A stretch of DNA of 64,000 bases, from positions 14,880,001-14,944,000 of the forward strand of contig OX597818.1 in NCBI GenBank assembly GCA_951406725.2, written 5' to 3'. How positions within the stretch are numbered: position 1 is the first letter of the stretch; the number at the start of each line of letters is the position of its first letter. The notes below the pieces were generated by a model. The model did no database searches. It saw nothing but the letters and a program-made list of their open reading frames with translations, and was not told the DNA's origin. Below, piece after piece: positions 1 to 13,094 of this stretch. The DNA comes from Octopus vulgaris (taxonomy: Eukaryota). Both the position numbers and the translations under genes were made by a program.

Positions 1-116
1 ACTGCATGACACCTTGTCAAGTGTCTTCTACTATAGCCTTAGACTGAACAAAGCCTTGTGAATGGATTTGGTAGATGGAAACTGAAAGAAGCCCTTTGTG
101 TGTATGTGTATGTATG

Positions 117-154
<38 letters not shown>

Positions 155-605
155 GGAGCAAACACATAAATGTGAAACAAGGTGGAAAAAAAGATTACTC
201 AAATACCAGGGTTAGAGTAATATACTTTATTTAAAAGCAGCAGAAATTCAACAAAACTTGTTACTCGGAGTAACAAGTTTTGTTGAATTTCTGCTGCTTT
301 TAAATAAAGCATATTACTCTACCCCTTTGTTACTCTGAGTAACAAGTTTTGTTGAATTTTCACTGCTTTTAAATAAAGTATATATATATATATATATATA
401 TATATTTCTGTGTTTGTCCCCCATCACCGCTTGACGACCAGTGTTAGTGAGTTTACATCCCTATAATTTAGCAGTTCAGCAAAAGAGACCGATAGAGTAG
501 GTGCCAGGCTTTAAAAAATGTCCTGGGTTGATTTGTTCAACTAAAACCTTTCAGAGTGGTCCTCCAGCATGGCCACAGTCAAATAACTGAAACAAGTAAA
601 ATATA
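1..605 (+). mobile_element. tRNA-derived CORE-type SINE (octopus OR1-like), 5' end cut by window edge, split by insertion
   Basis: Matches other copies: CORE-like segment, central microsatellite, tail ..GACTGAAACAAGTAAAA. Confidence 0.8.
150..383. mobile_element. Short PLE-type terminal fragment in fold-back arrangement
   Basis: Palindrome 213-321 centred on 267 plus a repeated right arm 337-383, flanked by (TA)n inside a CORE-SINE. Confidence 0.5.
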
Positions 606-1190
606 AAAGATACATGCAAATGCGTGCACACACACACACACACACACATTACAATACAATCAATTGTACTGGATACTTTGTCAGTCTTGGGATTGTGAAT
701 TTATATGTATTTATGTATATACACACATATATGAGTATCTATATTAATGTTTATATATGCACACATGTATATGTGTTTGTGTATACACTCACTAACAAAC
801 ACGCAAGCATACATATTACATATGAGTGTGTAGTTTTATGTAACTATTGAAATTATATTTGTATTTCATTTTGTCTATATTTAATATGCAGAAAAACCTC
901 ACCATATACACTCACTTTTTTTCTCTCTCACTAACTTATCCTTACACACACACACACACACGCGCGCGCATCATTGCTTGTTTTTTTTTTGTGTGTGTGT
1001 AAGTAAGTAAATAGATATAATAGCTTCATGAGTAATTATAATAGCTGTATTGTGTGTTTAGTGTTTGTTCTGCCTGACTGCAAAATGCCACATGCTGCCT
1101 CAGTATAAATGAAAATATGACCTTAGAAATTCAACTGTCATTGGTATTTGTCAATTGTCAAATAACAAATTTGTTGTGAAGGGCAATAAT

Positions 1191-1231
<41 letters not shown>

Positions 1232-2160
1232 ATTTCTGTAAATGTAAATTGATTTCTTAAACTAAGAGCAATTGTCAAGAAAAAAAAATGTTGATTTCAT
1301 TCAAAATTTAATTTACTTGGTAGATATCTTTTATCTTCAATCTTTTATCATACTTCAGTCATTGGACTGTGTCTATGCTGGGACAACTTCTTAAAGAGTT
1401 TTATTTGGACAAATTGACCTCTGTGCTTCGTTTTTTTTTTCTTTTTTATGCCTGGTATATATTCTACCCGTCTAATTGCCATACCACTAAGTTATAGAAG
1501 CAATCTAACCAGCACCAGTTGTCAAGCGGTGGTGAAGGAAACACACACGTGCACAAACACATTCATGCATACACACACACACACACACATATATATACAT
1601 ATATACATGTGATATATATAAATTTTTACCTGTATGGTGTTTTTACATGCTGGCTACTGACAAAGATTATTAATAGATTTTATCCTTAAGTATGTAGGCA
1701 ATATATATATGATGCCATCTACCAGCCTGGACATCATTTCTCTTGTCTACCGACATTTTTTATTCCAACTATTTTCTTTTTTTTTCTACTCATTCTATTT
1801 CCATTGAAAATTTCTCCCAAGGCGTTACCCATTAAAATTCATCTTGGCCCAACGGCCCTTAATGATTGTCTTTGTCGATTATTTACTTTCTATGTCCATT
1901 CTGTTGTTTGTTCATTCGAGGCCCTAACTCTCCACAAATTTTATATTTTTAAAATTTCTTGATGCTGCTGTCTCATGAAGCTTTCCTATATTGTTGTTAA
2001 AAGCATGAAATAGGGATTAGTGAAACAGTCGACAACTGACAAGCGAGTTATCTTGTTTTGGTATTTTGTCCTGTACTTATCTCTCGTGTGTTTTTCACTT
2101 GTTGATGATATCCTCTACTTAATGAGTATTTTATATATATATATGTATGTGTGTGTGTGT

Positions 2161-2418
2161 GGAGGCGCAATGGCCCAGTGGTTAGGGCGGCAGACTCGCG
2201 GTTGTAGAATCGTGGTTTTGATTCCCAGACCGGGCATTGTGAGTGTTTATTGAGTGAAAACACCACAACTGTACACTTTCACCACAACTTTCTCTCACTC
2301 TTTCTTCTGTTGGCCTCCTCGCTTAGCCAGCAGGGTGGCGTCATTTGAAGGCTAAAACAATGTGAAGCGCATTGTGACCAGCAATGTGTAGTAACATCTG
2401 ATAGCCTGGTCAGTTACT

Positions 2419-2421
<3 letters not shown>
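2161..2421 (+). mobile_element. tRNA-derived SINE
   Basis: TGGCCCAGTGGTTAGGGC A box, GGTTTTGATTCCC B-box-like, flanked by microsatellites. Confidence 0.75.
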
Positions 2422-2450
<29 letters not shown>

Positions 2451-2697
2451 ACTTAGTGGTTCATCACAAGAGACCAATAGAATAAGTACTAGGGTTACAA
2501 AGAATAAGTCCTGGGGTTGATTTGTTTGACTAAAGGTGGTGGTCCAGCATGGCCACTGTCAAATGACTGGAACAAATAAAAGAATAAAAGAAAAATATAC
2601 ATATATAGTTGGAATTTACAAAAAAAACAAAAGACGGAGACAGGTGTGTAAACAACAAAATGGTGTATTTGTTTAACGCTCAGGAAGGTGAGAAAGT

Positions 2698-2733
2698 CTT
2701 TTATGTTTCGAGCCAAGGCTCTTCAACAGAAAG
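2698..2733 (-). ncRNA. Minimal type I hammerhead-like motif in a PLE-type repeat (approx 2605-2800)
   Basis: CUUU CUGUUGA A GAGCC-UU-GGCUC GAAAC AUA AAAG; stems I and II pair; core variant. Confidence 0.55.
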
Positions 2734-2873
2734 GAACATGAGAAAATAAACAGAAAGAGAATAAAAAAAAGCTTTAGTGACTAGTAGCTGATCATGGTGA
2801 TACACACACACAGATATATATGTAATGGGCTTCTCACAGGTCTTAGTTGCCCCTGGGCTGAAGAAGAAAATAC

Positions 2874-3071
2874 TTGTTCAAGGTGCTGTGAAGTGGAACT
2901 GAACTTGGATCCATGTGGTTGGAAAGCAAAATTTCTTACATAACAGTCACATCTGTGCCTTCACACAGCCATAGTTCTGTGTGTGTGTGTGTGTGTGTGG
3001 ATTTATTGTTCAACTTATGATAAACCCTGACAAAGCATATGTTAGAGAAAGGCTTTCCAGTTATGACCATC

Positions 3072-3111
<40 letters not shown>

Positions 3112-3309
3112 GATGGTCATAACTGGAAAGCCTTTCTCTAACATATGCTCTGTCAGGGTTTATCATAAGTTGAACAATAAATCCACACACACACACACAC
3201 ACACAGAACTATGGCTGTGTGAAGGCACAGATGTGACTGTTATGTAAGAAATTTTGCTTTCCAACCACATGGATCCAAGTTCAGTTCCACTTCACAGCAC
3301 CTTGAACAA
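2874..3309. repeat. 436-bp near-perfect palindrome centred on (TA)n
   Basis: Position i pairs with 6183-i throughout; one mismatch seen; explains the mirror ORFs 2936-3202(-) and 2981-3247(+). Confidence 0.97.
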
Positions 3310-3413
3310 TAAATTAATAAATAAATAAAACATATGCATATATACATACATATATGTACGTACCTACCTCTACATGTATATATACATGCATATATGGGTA
3401 TATATATATATAC

Positions 3414-3456
<43 letters not shown>

Positions 3457-3509
3457 CATATGAGACAGAGAGAGAAGAGGAGAGAGAGTGAGAGAGAGCA
3501 TGTTATTAA

Positions 3510-3727
3510 CTCTTTAGCATTCACATTACTCTGTCAAGTGTATTGCTTATATATTCACATTGTTTTGAATTAATCATGCATTATCTTGTAGCTTCAAGAT
3601 TTCATTGATGTGATTGTTTATTTTTAGAATGACATTGTAGGGTATGTGTGAGAGGCCAGATCTGTCCAGTTGATCATAAAATGAATAGAATATTTGACCA
3701 GGTATGGCTGGATTAGATGCTAATGGG
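3510..3727. mobile_element. piggyBac-type MITE
   Basis: TTAA at 3506-3509 and 3728-3731; TIRs CTCTTTAGCAT / ATGCTAATGGG; homologous copy at 6966-7186 in the opposite orientation. Confidence 0.7.
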
Positions 3728-3751
3728 TTAAATGTGTACATGTTACTATTT

Positions 3752-4154
3752 TACTCTCTTTTACTTGTTTCAGTCATTTGACTGCAGCCATGCTGGAGCA
3801 CCGCCTTTAATCGAGCAACTTGACCCCGGGACTTATTCTTTTGTAAGCCCAGTACTTATTCTATCGGTCTCTTTTGCTGAACCGCTAGGTAACGGGGACA
3901 TAAACACACCATCATCGGTTGTCATGCAATGCTAGGGGGACAAACACAGACACACAAACACACACACACACACATATATATACATATATACGACGGGCTT
4001 CTTTCAGTTTCCGTCTACCAAATCCACTCACAAGGCTTTGGCCAGCCCGAGGCTATAGTAGAAGACACTTGCCCAAGGTGCCATGCAGTGGGACTGAACC
4101 CGGGACCATGTGGTTGGTAAACAAACTACTTACCACACAGCCACTCCTGTGCCT
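3752..4154 (-). mobile_element. OR1-like CORE-SINE, full length
   Basis: Head with A/B boxes TGGCTGTGTGG / GGTTCAGTCCC, GCACCTTGGGCAAGTG core, central (TA/TG)n, tail; more than 25 full or partial copies in the window. Confidence 0.9.
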
Positions 4155-4818
4155 GTTGGACAACACTTTACAAAACGATAGTGACTTTTGCAAATAAAAC
4201 ATTTATGTTCAACATGTACATTTACAGCATTACATTATTTTTATATTTGCAAAATATTAAGGTATTATTTACATGACACACATAAACAAAGCTGAAATCA
4301 CTAAACATCTACAAGCATTTTAAGGAATGGCATTCTGTTGACAAAACATATAAAAACTATATAGAAAAAAAGTTAATTAACTTAGTTTAATTAATTTCAG
4401 AAGTCATTTATGTAAAAGGATGTCTTATTTGTAAAAGTAGCTTCAGTTTTGTACCAGATGTCAAGGAGGTTCAAAAATGTATGCATTCAACAACATTATT
4501 TTCACACGTGTGTGCTGTGTATATATGCTACCAAGTATGGGGTACTTTCAAATAAAGATATTCCACATAGAATAACTTGCTAGCAGAAATGCTCTGACTG
4601 GTGCACTGAAAACTAGAACCCAACATGATTATTGGTTGTCATCTGATATTTTTATTTTTTACTTGTTTCAGTCATAAGACTGTGGCCATGCTAGGGTGCC
4701 ATCTTTTAGGGTTTTAATCAAACATGTACTTTTTTTCTTGAAGGAATACTGAAGACACAAAAACATCACTTGTATGATGGTGATAATCATTTGCAACCAT
4801 CATGAGATGTCCATGCAT

Positions 4819-4861
<43 letters not shown>

Positions 4862-4865
<4 letters not shown>

Positions 4866-6300
4866 GCTGGTTTAAGGTGTAGGTATAGTGGGTAGTTGCC
4901 CAGGAGCCTCATGGGTCTGTTTGTTCTGTTCTGATCTACAGGAGTTGGACAAAATAATGGAAATACCTTAAAATTTCAAACAAATTTATTTTAATATAGA
5001 GTAGAACCGCCTTTGGCAGTATTTACAGCTTGAATTCTATGAGGTATGGACTCGTACAAAGTTTGAATTATTTCCAAAAGAATTTTTGTCCATTCTTCAG
5101 CTAACACAGTCTCCAGTTCTTGTAGTGATGATCATGGAGGATATCGGCTCCTTACTTGTTTTCTAAAATGCAACATAAATGTTCAATAATATTGAGATCT
5201 GGGGACTGTGGCGGCCAGATAAGATGTTCAACTTCACTAGAATGTTCCTCGTGCCATTCAGTAACAACTTTCGCTGTGTGAATTGGTACATTATCATCCT
5301 GAAAGACTGTGTTTCCCTCCAGAAATAGTTCCGCAATCATAGGATGAATTTGATCAGATAAAATGTTTAGTCTTGGCTATTAATTGTGCCATGAAAGGAA
5401 ACCATTGGGCTGGCAGATTTCCAAGATATAGCTCCCACCCCAGATCATCACAGATCCTCCTCTATGTTTAACAGTTGGAAGAAGGCAGTCTGGGTCAAAT
5501 ACTTTTTTTTGCTGTCTCCACACGTATACTTGGCCAGTGGTTGGAAATAGGGTAAAGGATGACTCATCCGAGAAAATAACATTCTTCCACTGCTCTAGGG
5601 ACCAATTCTGTAGGTTTTTAGTCCACTCTAAATGCTTTGCAACATTTGTTTTTGAGAGTATTGGTTTTCTGATTGAAGCCCTCCCGTGAAATCCAGCTTT
5701 GTGCAGCTCCCAGCAAATAGTTTTTGTGGAAATTGGGTTCTCAAGGTGGTCATTAAGCTCTGCAGTAATTTTGGGAGCTGTACTTTTGTGATCCTTTCTA
5801 ACAATTCACATAAGAGACTGACAGTCCCTATCTGAAAGTTTTGGTTTTCTTCCGGAGTTTAGTTTCGACGAGGTTTTTCCCTCTTTCTCAAGGCTGTCAT
5901 TACTTTTGAGATAGTACTTCTTGATACATCAAACATTTCGGTTGTTTTCATTATGCTAGCACCTGCCATATGGACACCAACAATTTGACCTGTTTGAAAG
6001 TCCAATAGATCTGTCATTTTAATGAATTTTAATTACCTTTTTTCTGATGATATCTGAAAAGAAACAGCAATTTTAGCAAAAAATATTAAGCAACACTAAT
6101 AATAAATCAAAAAAACATAAAAATAAACAAGCTTTTGATGGTTTTATTGGTATTCCAAAATTATGATGCTGTGATACTAGGTGTTTCCATTATTTTGTCC
6201 AACCCCTGTATGTATTTTGTGGCTTACTGTCAGTAAATAGACGTAGGGGCCCAGTACATTGATTTGCCTTGGAGCCTTTGGTACTGCTAAGACAGCTCTG
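4862..6300. mobile_element. hAT-like MITE split by the Tc1 insertion
   Basis: Imperfect TIRs CAGGGCTGGTTTAAG (4862) and CTAAGACAGCTCTG (6300) enclosing the Tc1 element; no clear 8-bp TSD (microsatellite flanks). Confidence 0.5.
4939..6208 (-). mobile_element. Full-length but decayed Tc1/mariner transposon, DD36E catalytic spacing
   Basis: About 30-bp TIRs CAGGAGTTGGACAAAATAATGGAAATACCT / AGGTGTTTCCATTATTTTGTCCAACCCCTG, TA on both sides; minus-strand transposase from ATG 6017 (MTDLLDFQTGQIVG..), WKNVIFSDES, FQDDN..(36 aa)..E in WPPQSPDLNIIEHL; frameshifted. Confidence 0.93.
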
Positions 6301-6355
6301 TGTGTATGTGTGTATAGATTTATAAGAATATATATATACATACATAAATACATCA

Positions 6356-6388
<33 letters not shown>

Positions 6389-6965
6389 GTGTGTGCACAC
6401 AAAAACAGGCTTTTTTCAGTTTCCATTTACTAAATCTACTCATAAAGTTTTGGTCAATCCATGACTAAAGAAGATGAAGCTTGTCCAAGGTGTTACACAG
6501 TGCAAGTGACCTCAAGACTACATGGTTGCAAGCAAGCTTCTTTTAACCATGTAGCCATGCTTGCACCTAAAAGAAAAGTTAAGTCAGTGTATTTGAAGAA
6601 TTTGGGCATACATATATACGTAATCATTATCACTCATCATTATCACTCAACTACTGTTTTTTATACTGCTATGATTAAGACAGTTTGACAGGAAATGGCA
6701 AATCAGAAGACTGCTCCAAGCTCTTGTTTATTTTGGCATGGTTTCTACAGCTCAATACCATTCCTGATGCCAACTATTTAACAGAGTGTATTGGGTGCTT
6801 TTTACATGGCAACAGAAGCAGTGAGATCACTGAATTATTTTTATAAGTTGTTTTTCCATATTCACATGTGTACAATGTGAACTCAAATATACTATAACCC
6901 ACCACATGCATTATATAGTGAAAACCAGTAAAATATTTAATATTTTCATACCTCTTATGACTAAA

Positions 6966-7186
6966 CCCTTCAGCTTTTAAACCAGCCATATCTGGCCCAA
7001 ATATTGTACCTGTTTTGTGTTCATACTGACCAGATAAGGCCTCTCACACCTACCATACAATATCATTCTAAAGCATAAGCAGTTACATTGTGAAATTCTC
7101 AAATATATGAGATAATGCATGATTGATTCAAAACCACATGAATGAACAAGCATTATATTTGTCAGAGTAATCTGAATGCTAAAGGG
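6966..7186. mobile_element. piggyBac-type MITE, second copy
   Basis: CCCTTCAGC...GCTAAAGGG termini, degenerate TTAA flanks, internal similarity to the reverse complement of 3510-3727. Confidence 0.6.
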
Positions 7187-8892
7187 TTGAAGTTTAAATA
7201 TGGATTCATTTTAGTCAACCATAAGCTACACTTCTCTTTTTTATATCCATACTTTTATTCTAAGGTTGGGTACTGGAGTTTTTTTTATCAGTATAAACAT
7301 ATTTCTTCAGTAATGTAACTTGCACATTTAAAATTGGTTGCTTTTAAAAATAATTAGTTTTACACACACAACCAGTATGTTAACAAGCATTAACAATTGC
7401 TATTGGATGTATGCACTATACATGGTATGCTTCATAGCTCTAGGTAATGAAGTGTATACATTTATCCAGTGGATTTCAGTGCTTCTTTTTACAGAATTGT
7501 CTTTTTATAAACACTCCTTTTCCAGGTTTTGAAAAGAGAAAAAGAAAAAAAAAATCCAGTAGACTGTTAACTTTTTAGTACAGTGGATAGACAATATACT
7601 CATGGTTATTCAAGAAAACAGAATAGCATAGGTGCAAAGCCTTTGATAAGAGGTCTGTTCAATCAGAACTGAAGTGGGACTAAACAACAAACACAACACA
7701 CAAAGGCATCCAGAAGAATAATTCTCCATAAAAATCTGTTATGGTTGTCAAGTTGATGCTGACATACATGATGTTGTAAACCAAGAAATTTTAACAGATT
7801 AAAATTATACCCATGCTGAGAAGACAGGTGGCTTAGTAGTTAGGCAACTGAAATCTCAATCATAAGGTTATGAGTTCAATTCCCAGTGTGAGAATCATGT
7901 TGTATCTGTGGGCATGACACTTTATTTTATATTGGTCCTGTCTACTCAGTTGGCAAAATTAAGTATTAAGACTAAAAGAGTGCATGATCAACATCGAGTT
8001 AGTGCAGCACCTTAAATTGAGTCAATGATACGACTCAAAAATTTTGAGCATGAAGCAGGATACATTCAGCAGTCAATCATAATATCCTATTTTTACCCAT
8101 TACTCCTTTTTTCTTTACTCTGGTCGTAAGAAGCAGCAACCATTTTCTTAGTTGCTGACTCTGATCAAGCAAGGCAGGGAAGACAACAGAATTTAAATGA
8201 ATTAAATTAATACAAAGGCATGGGTGTGTGTGTTAAATGGCTTCCTTCCCAACCACATAATTCTAGTTTCAGTTTCACTGCATGGCACCTTGAGCAAATG
8301 TTTTCTACTACAGCCTAAGGTCAATCAAAGCTTTGTGAATGGATTTGGTAGATGGAGACTGAAAGAACTCTATTGTGTGAGTGTTTGTGTCTTTGTTTGT
8401 CCACTACCACTATTTGACAGCTTGTGTTGGTTTGTTTATGTCCCTATAACTCAGTGCTTCAGCAAAAGAGACTGATAGAACAAATAACAGGCTTGGCTGA
8501 AAGAAGTAAAAAATAAAAGATAAAGGTATATTATTATATAGTTTGATTGCCTTACAATCTATCTTTTACTTGTTGAAGTCATTGATCTGTGATGAACTTG
8601 ATGCTTCATGTGACATGTGTTATGAACTTAATATAGCGAAGTGCATTGAATCACTGTTATTATTTTGTGAACAAGTGTAGCACAAAATGTAATGAAGCAA
8701 ACATGTGTAGATTTGGAAAATACAGTCATGTGGAGAAAATAAGTTATTAAATATAAATAAAACTTATTTTATATGTTTCTTATGAGCTGAGAGACACTCC
8801 ACTTGTGATCAGTCTTGAACTACCATTGTCAATCAGTTTAGGGCAAGTGTTGTGCAAGTCATTGTAATTCCATTTACTTAGATCCAGTTCAT

Positions 8893-9282
8893 TTACTCTT
8901 TTACTTGTTTCAGTCATTTGACTGTGGCCATGCTGGAGCACCGCCTTTAGACGAGCAAATCGACCCCAGGATTTATTCTTTGTAAGTCTAGTACTTATTC
9001 TATCGGACACTTTTGCCGAACCGCTAAGTTACGTAAACGTAAACACACCAGCATCAGTTGTCAGAGTGATGTTGAGGGGGACAAACACACACACACACAC
9101 GCACATATATACATATACATATATACAATGGGCTTCTTTTAGTTTCCGTCTACCAAATCCTCTTGCAAGGCTTTGGTCGGCCCGAGGCTATAGTGGAAGA
9201 CACTTGCCCAAGGTACCACACAGTAGGACTGAACCCAGAACCATGTGGTTTGTAAGCAAGCTACTTACCACACAGCCACTCC
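8893..9282 (-). mobile_element. OR1-like CORE-SINE, full length
   Basis: Same family as 3752-4154; a diverged + copy lies at about 8215-8490. Confidence 0.9.
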
Positions 9283-11074
9283 TATCTTTTCTGTTTTATT
9301 ATTTCAGTCATTGTTTGATTCATTGTGTTTATTCATTCTTTCATTCTCAGTTTCATGTTTTTGCCAGTTTTAGTTATTCGATCCTTCAGTATGCTAACAT
9401 TAAAGCAAAAAGTTTGAAAAGCCTGCTTATATGATTTGACAATTAAAATATGTATAAAAACAGTTGTCAGAAATGAGAATAAAGCTCATTGTAAGTTCTG
9501 TAAATGTGAAGTGAAAGCAAAGTATCAAAATTTGAAATAATATGCACAGAATAAATAGAAGTTACATGGCTCAAAAATATAGCAAGGATGGAGATGTCAC
9601 ATGCCAAATGGCTTCGGTATGACCTAGCAACTCCAAGTTCTTTTAAAACTTCACCAGAAAGTTTGTAAGTTGAACAGTATTTTCCTATTCTTAACAGGCC
9701 AAATTTTTGGGAGTTGTTGCTTTAAGGAGATCAAGTTCCATTTCATTTCAAAGTTTGAATTTTATGCAAAATGTTAATGGTGCAACATTTCTGTTAATGG
9801 TGCAATGCCAGTGGAATAGCAAGGGTTCTCAGTACCTGGGTGGCATAGACAATTTTAGTATCCTCATTGTAATTTACGTGTACGACAAGAAAGAAGAAAT
9901 TTTGAACTCCTTCCTACTGGTGCTGGAGTTGGCAAGGAACTACTATTTAGGGACTGATGCTCGAAAAATTTAGATTATCCCATGATTAATTTGCTCCTTT
10001 TTTTTAAATTACTCTTTAAAGAAAAGTGAAAGCCCTGATTCATTTTATATCTTCCTTTAATTGGGAAATTAAGAGTTAATGCTTAGCTTGAATTTATATA
10101 AGGTTGTATTTGTAGAAGAAACACAGGCTTGGACTAATAGGTCATAAGAATTGATTGAGATGAAGACATTTAGCAAGTTCAGAAATTTAAGAAACTTCAG
10201 TGGAGTGCATTTCATTATTGTACAGTGGTGAAGCTTCATAAAGGTGGCCAACTGGCAGAGTTGACAGAGCATTAGATAGATTGTCTTGCAGCAATTTGTT
10301 CAAGCTCTCTCTGCTTTGAATTCAAATACTAACAAGGTTAACTTTTCTTTTAGCCTTCAATAAGTATCAAGAAGTATCAATCCTGTATTGGGATTTCTTT
10401 TTATTTGTCTAAACATCCCTCTTTCTGGAGGAAATTGGCTGTATTCAGACATATACTGGGTGTCCTTTACATGGCACCATCACCAGTGCTTATATGGAAC
10501 AAGCACTAGTGCTTTTTATGTAACACCATCACCAGTGCTTTTTAAGTGGCACCAGCACTCACAGCAGTGCTTCTTACGTGGTACCTTAGTTTTAGGATCT
10601 TGGGTCTTTTGTAGTGGGTGGGTCTTTTTAACTGATATTAGAAAATAATTATTACTTATACTACAACTACTACACCACTACTGCTACTACTAAGCTTTAG
10701 TTTAGTGGTTCTTTGTTTAAACTCTGTTGATGATAGAAGATCAAGCACAATGTTACTGATGTGCTTTACATTAAAAGTTTATATTTACAAAAATCTTTTA
10801 AAGTTAAAATTTTAGGGGAAAAAGAAGCAGAAAATCTATTGTCTCTTTGTTTTATTAATTACACTTGTATAAGCAAACTTATGAATGACATATTTTGCAA
10901 GATATTCAAGTACTAGTATGGAATCTTTAAAACCTTAAATTAAATTTGTTTTAAAGCTATGGTGCACCTAAATAGCCCTTGTAACATTCTGTTAAACAAC
11001 GCTACTCTGGTCTGTTATCACTAAGTAATTTCAGTGCCGTTAGTAGCTAAATCAAATGCGAATGCCCTTTTAAT

Positions 11075-11476
11075 TTCTTTCATCCTTCATGTTTCTGTTA
11101 TTAGGCTATGGACATACTGGGGCACCACCTTGAAAAATTTGTAGTCGAATGTATCAACCCAGAACTTTTATTTTTACTATTTTAAGCATGGTACTTACAC
11201 TGTCAGTGTCTTTTCACTGAACCACTGTTATGAGAATGTAAACAAACAAATACCAGCTGTCAAGCGGTGGTGGGAGACAAATACAGACACAAGCTCATAC
11301 ACACACACACACGACGGGCTTCTTTCTTTTTCTGTCTACCACATCTATTCACAAGGTTTGGTTAGCTCAAATTTATAGTAGAAAACACTTGCCCAAGGTG
11401 CTATTACAGTGGAACTGAACCTGGAACCATGTGGTTGGGAAGCAAGCTTCTTACTACACAACTACACCTGTACCTA
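11075..11476 (-). mobile_element. OR1-like CORE-SINE, diverged
   Basis: Same family. Confidence 0.8.
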
Positions 11477-12539
11477 TATTTATTTATTTTTATTTTATTT
11501 TATTTTTAGAGCATTGCCATAGCAAATTTACACATTTAATGAATGCAACAAGATCCATCTGACCAGTATTACTAACCTGATGATCAGCTGCATCTGTGAT
11601 ATTTCGTATCAGTAATTTCATCAAAGGTATGAATCATTGTAACTAGATATTTTGCCTGGTTGATGTGATGACTATTGCACACCTGCTGTGGGGATGTTTG
11701 AGAAGCCAAAAGTATCAGATACCTGAGCTTTTAATACAGATAACCTGATACTTTGAGTCAGTTAGTGTGATCTCTATGACACATCTGTAATGACACCTAC
11801 CTGATGTCTTATAATTGCTACACCTCATTCACAAACATGATTGTTCTTGAAGCAGTGTGGGAGATTCTGCATGGTTGTCATGGTTACAGCCAAATCAGAA
11901 AGGGACATATTGATTGACTTAGTTCTAGTTATACTAGCTTTCTTTTAAAGGTAAATGATTATTTAAGCTAGGAAGTATTTTGGAATTTTTTTATTTTTTT
12001 TTTCTGCTTCACAGTGCTTACATGAGGCTAAATAGCATTACCTTGTGTCACTGTTTTTCTGAGAAAGCTCCAAGGAACTCAATGAGTCTATGAAAAAATT
12101 GTACAAGATAAGATACCTTTTATTAAAACTTAATAAAAGTTTATTTTGCAAAACAGTAGTTACCATTTCTTTGATAATGTTTTCTTTTTCTTTCAGAAAC
12201 AATTTTTATTTTATTTAATCATCAGCATCATCATCATCAGTTAATGTCTGTTTTCCATGAAGGTATGGATTGGACAGGTTGATGGGATCTGAAGAGTTAA
12301 AGACTGCATTGAGCTCCTATATCTACTCTTCCATTCTTTCTACAGTGGGATCTTTCCTATTGTCAACTACTTTATAGAATATCCTGGGTGGGAATTTTTT
12401 TTTTTTTTTTTTTGTGGCAGCAGCAACTGAGTAACTCACAAGACAAAACCCTCTACTGAGTAGGGGTACAATATTGAGGGAGGTGGCTTTGTACCAAATA
12501 CTCCTACCTGCACACTAATTCATTGCTGCACTCAGTGAC

Positions 12540-12800
12540 AACATCATTAGTACTTCTTCTGGGTACAAAATCAAACTACCTCTTACCTTGCCTAACTCGT
12601 CCTAATTTGATGAGCTATAATCCTGTAACTTTCATGACCTGGTCTAGTAATTTGATACCTCTGTAATTACTTCTCTCTAATGCATCTACCCTTGTATAAT
12701 GCTGCTACACCACTCATCAGGTATGATACCTTCCTGTAAACCCAATTAACTATATGGGTGACTTGGCTGTATTCCACTTCACCAGATATTTTAAACAGAG
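12540..12800 (-). mobile_element. RTE LINE fragment
   Basis: Minus strand NYRGIKLLDQVMK, similar to 31940-32200. Confidence 0.6.
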
Positions 12801-13094
12801 GGACTAATCATTCTAGTTGACAGGGTACAAAACCAAACTGCATCTCATCCTAATTAGTTGAGTTGTAATTGTTTCTGTGACTTCCATGACCCCTATTATT
12901 AGCATTATGGTGCTGATGATTTTTGGTAAAATAATGGTATGGATCCTGTGATTATTTGAATAAATTTTATAACTGTTCAATGATGATACTACAAGGAATG
13001 ACTAGGTTTCATTGGATTATTACACCATACCTTAGTCATCAAAGGAACCTCTGTGTAGTCATCATCATAGACATAGTCAAGTTTCACTTAAATT

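Noticed and set aside
9707-9973. 88-aa ORF after an acceptor-like TTAACAG
   Set aside because: No recognisable domain or donor; not distinguishable from chance.
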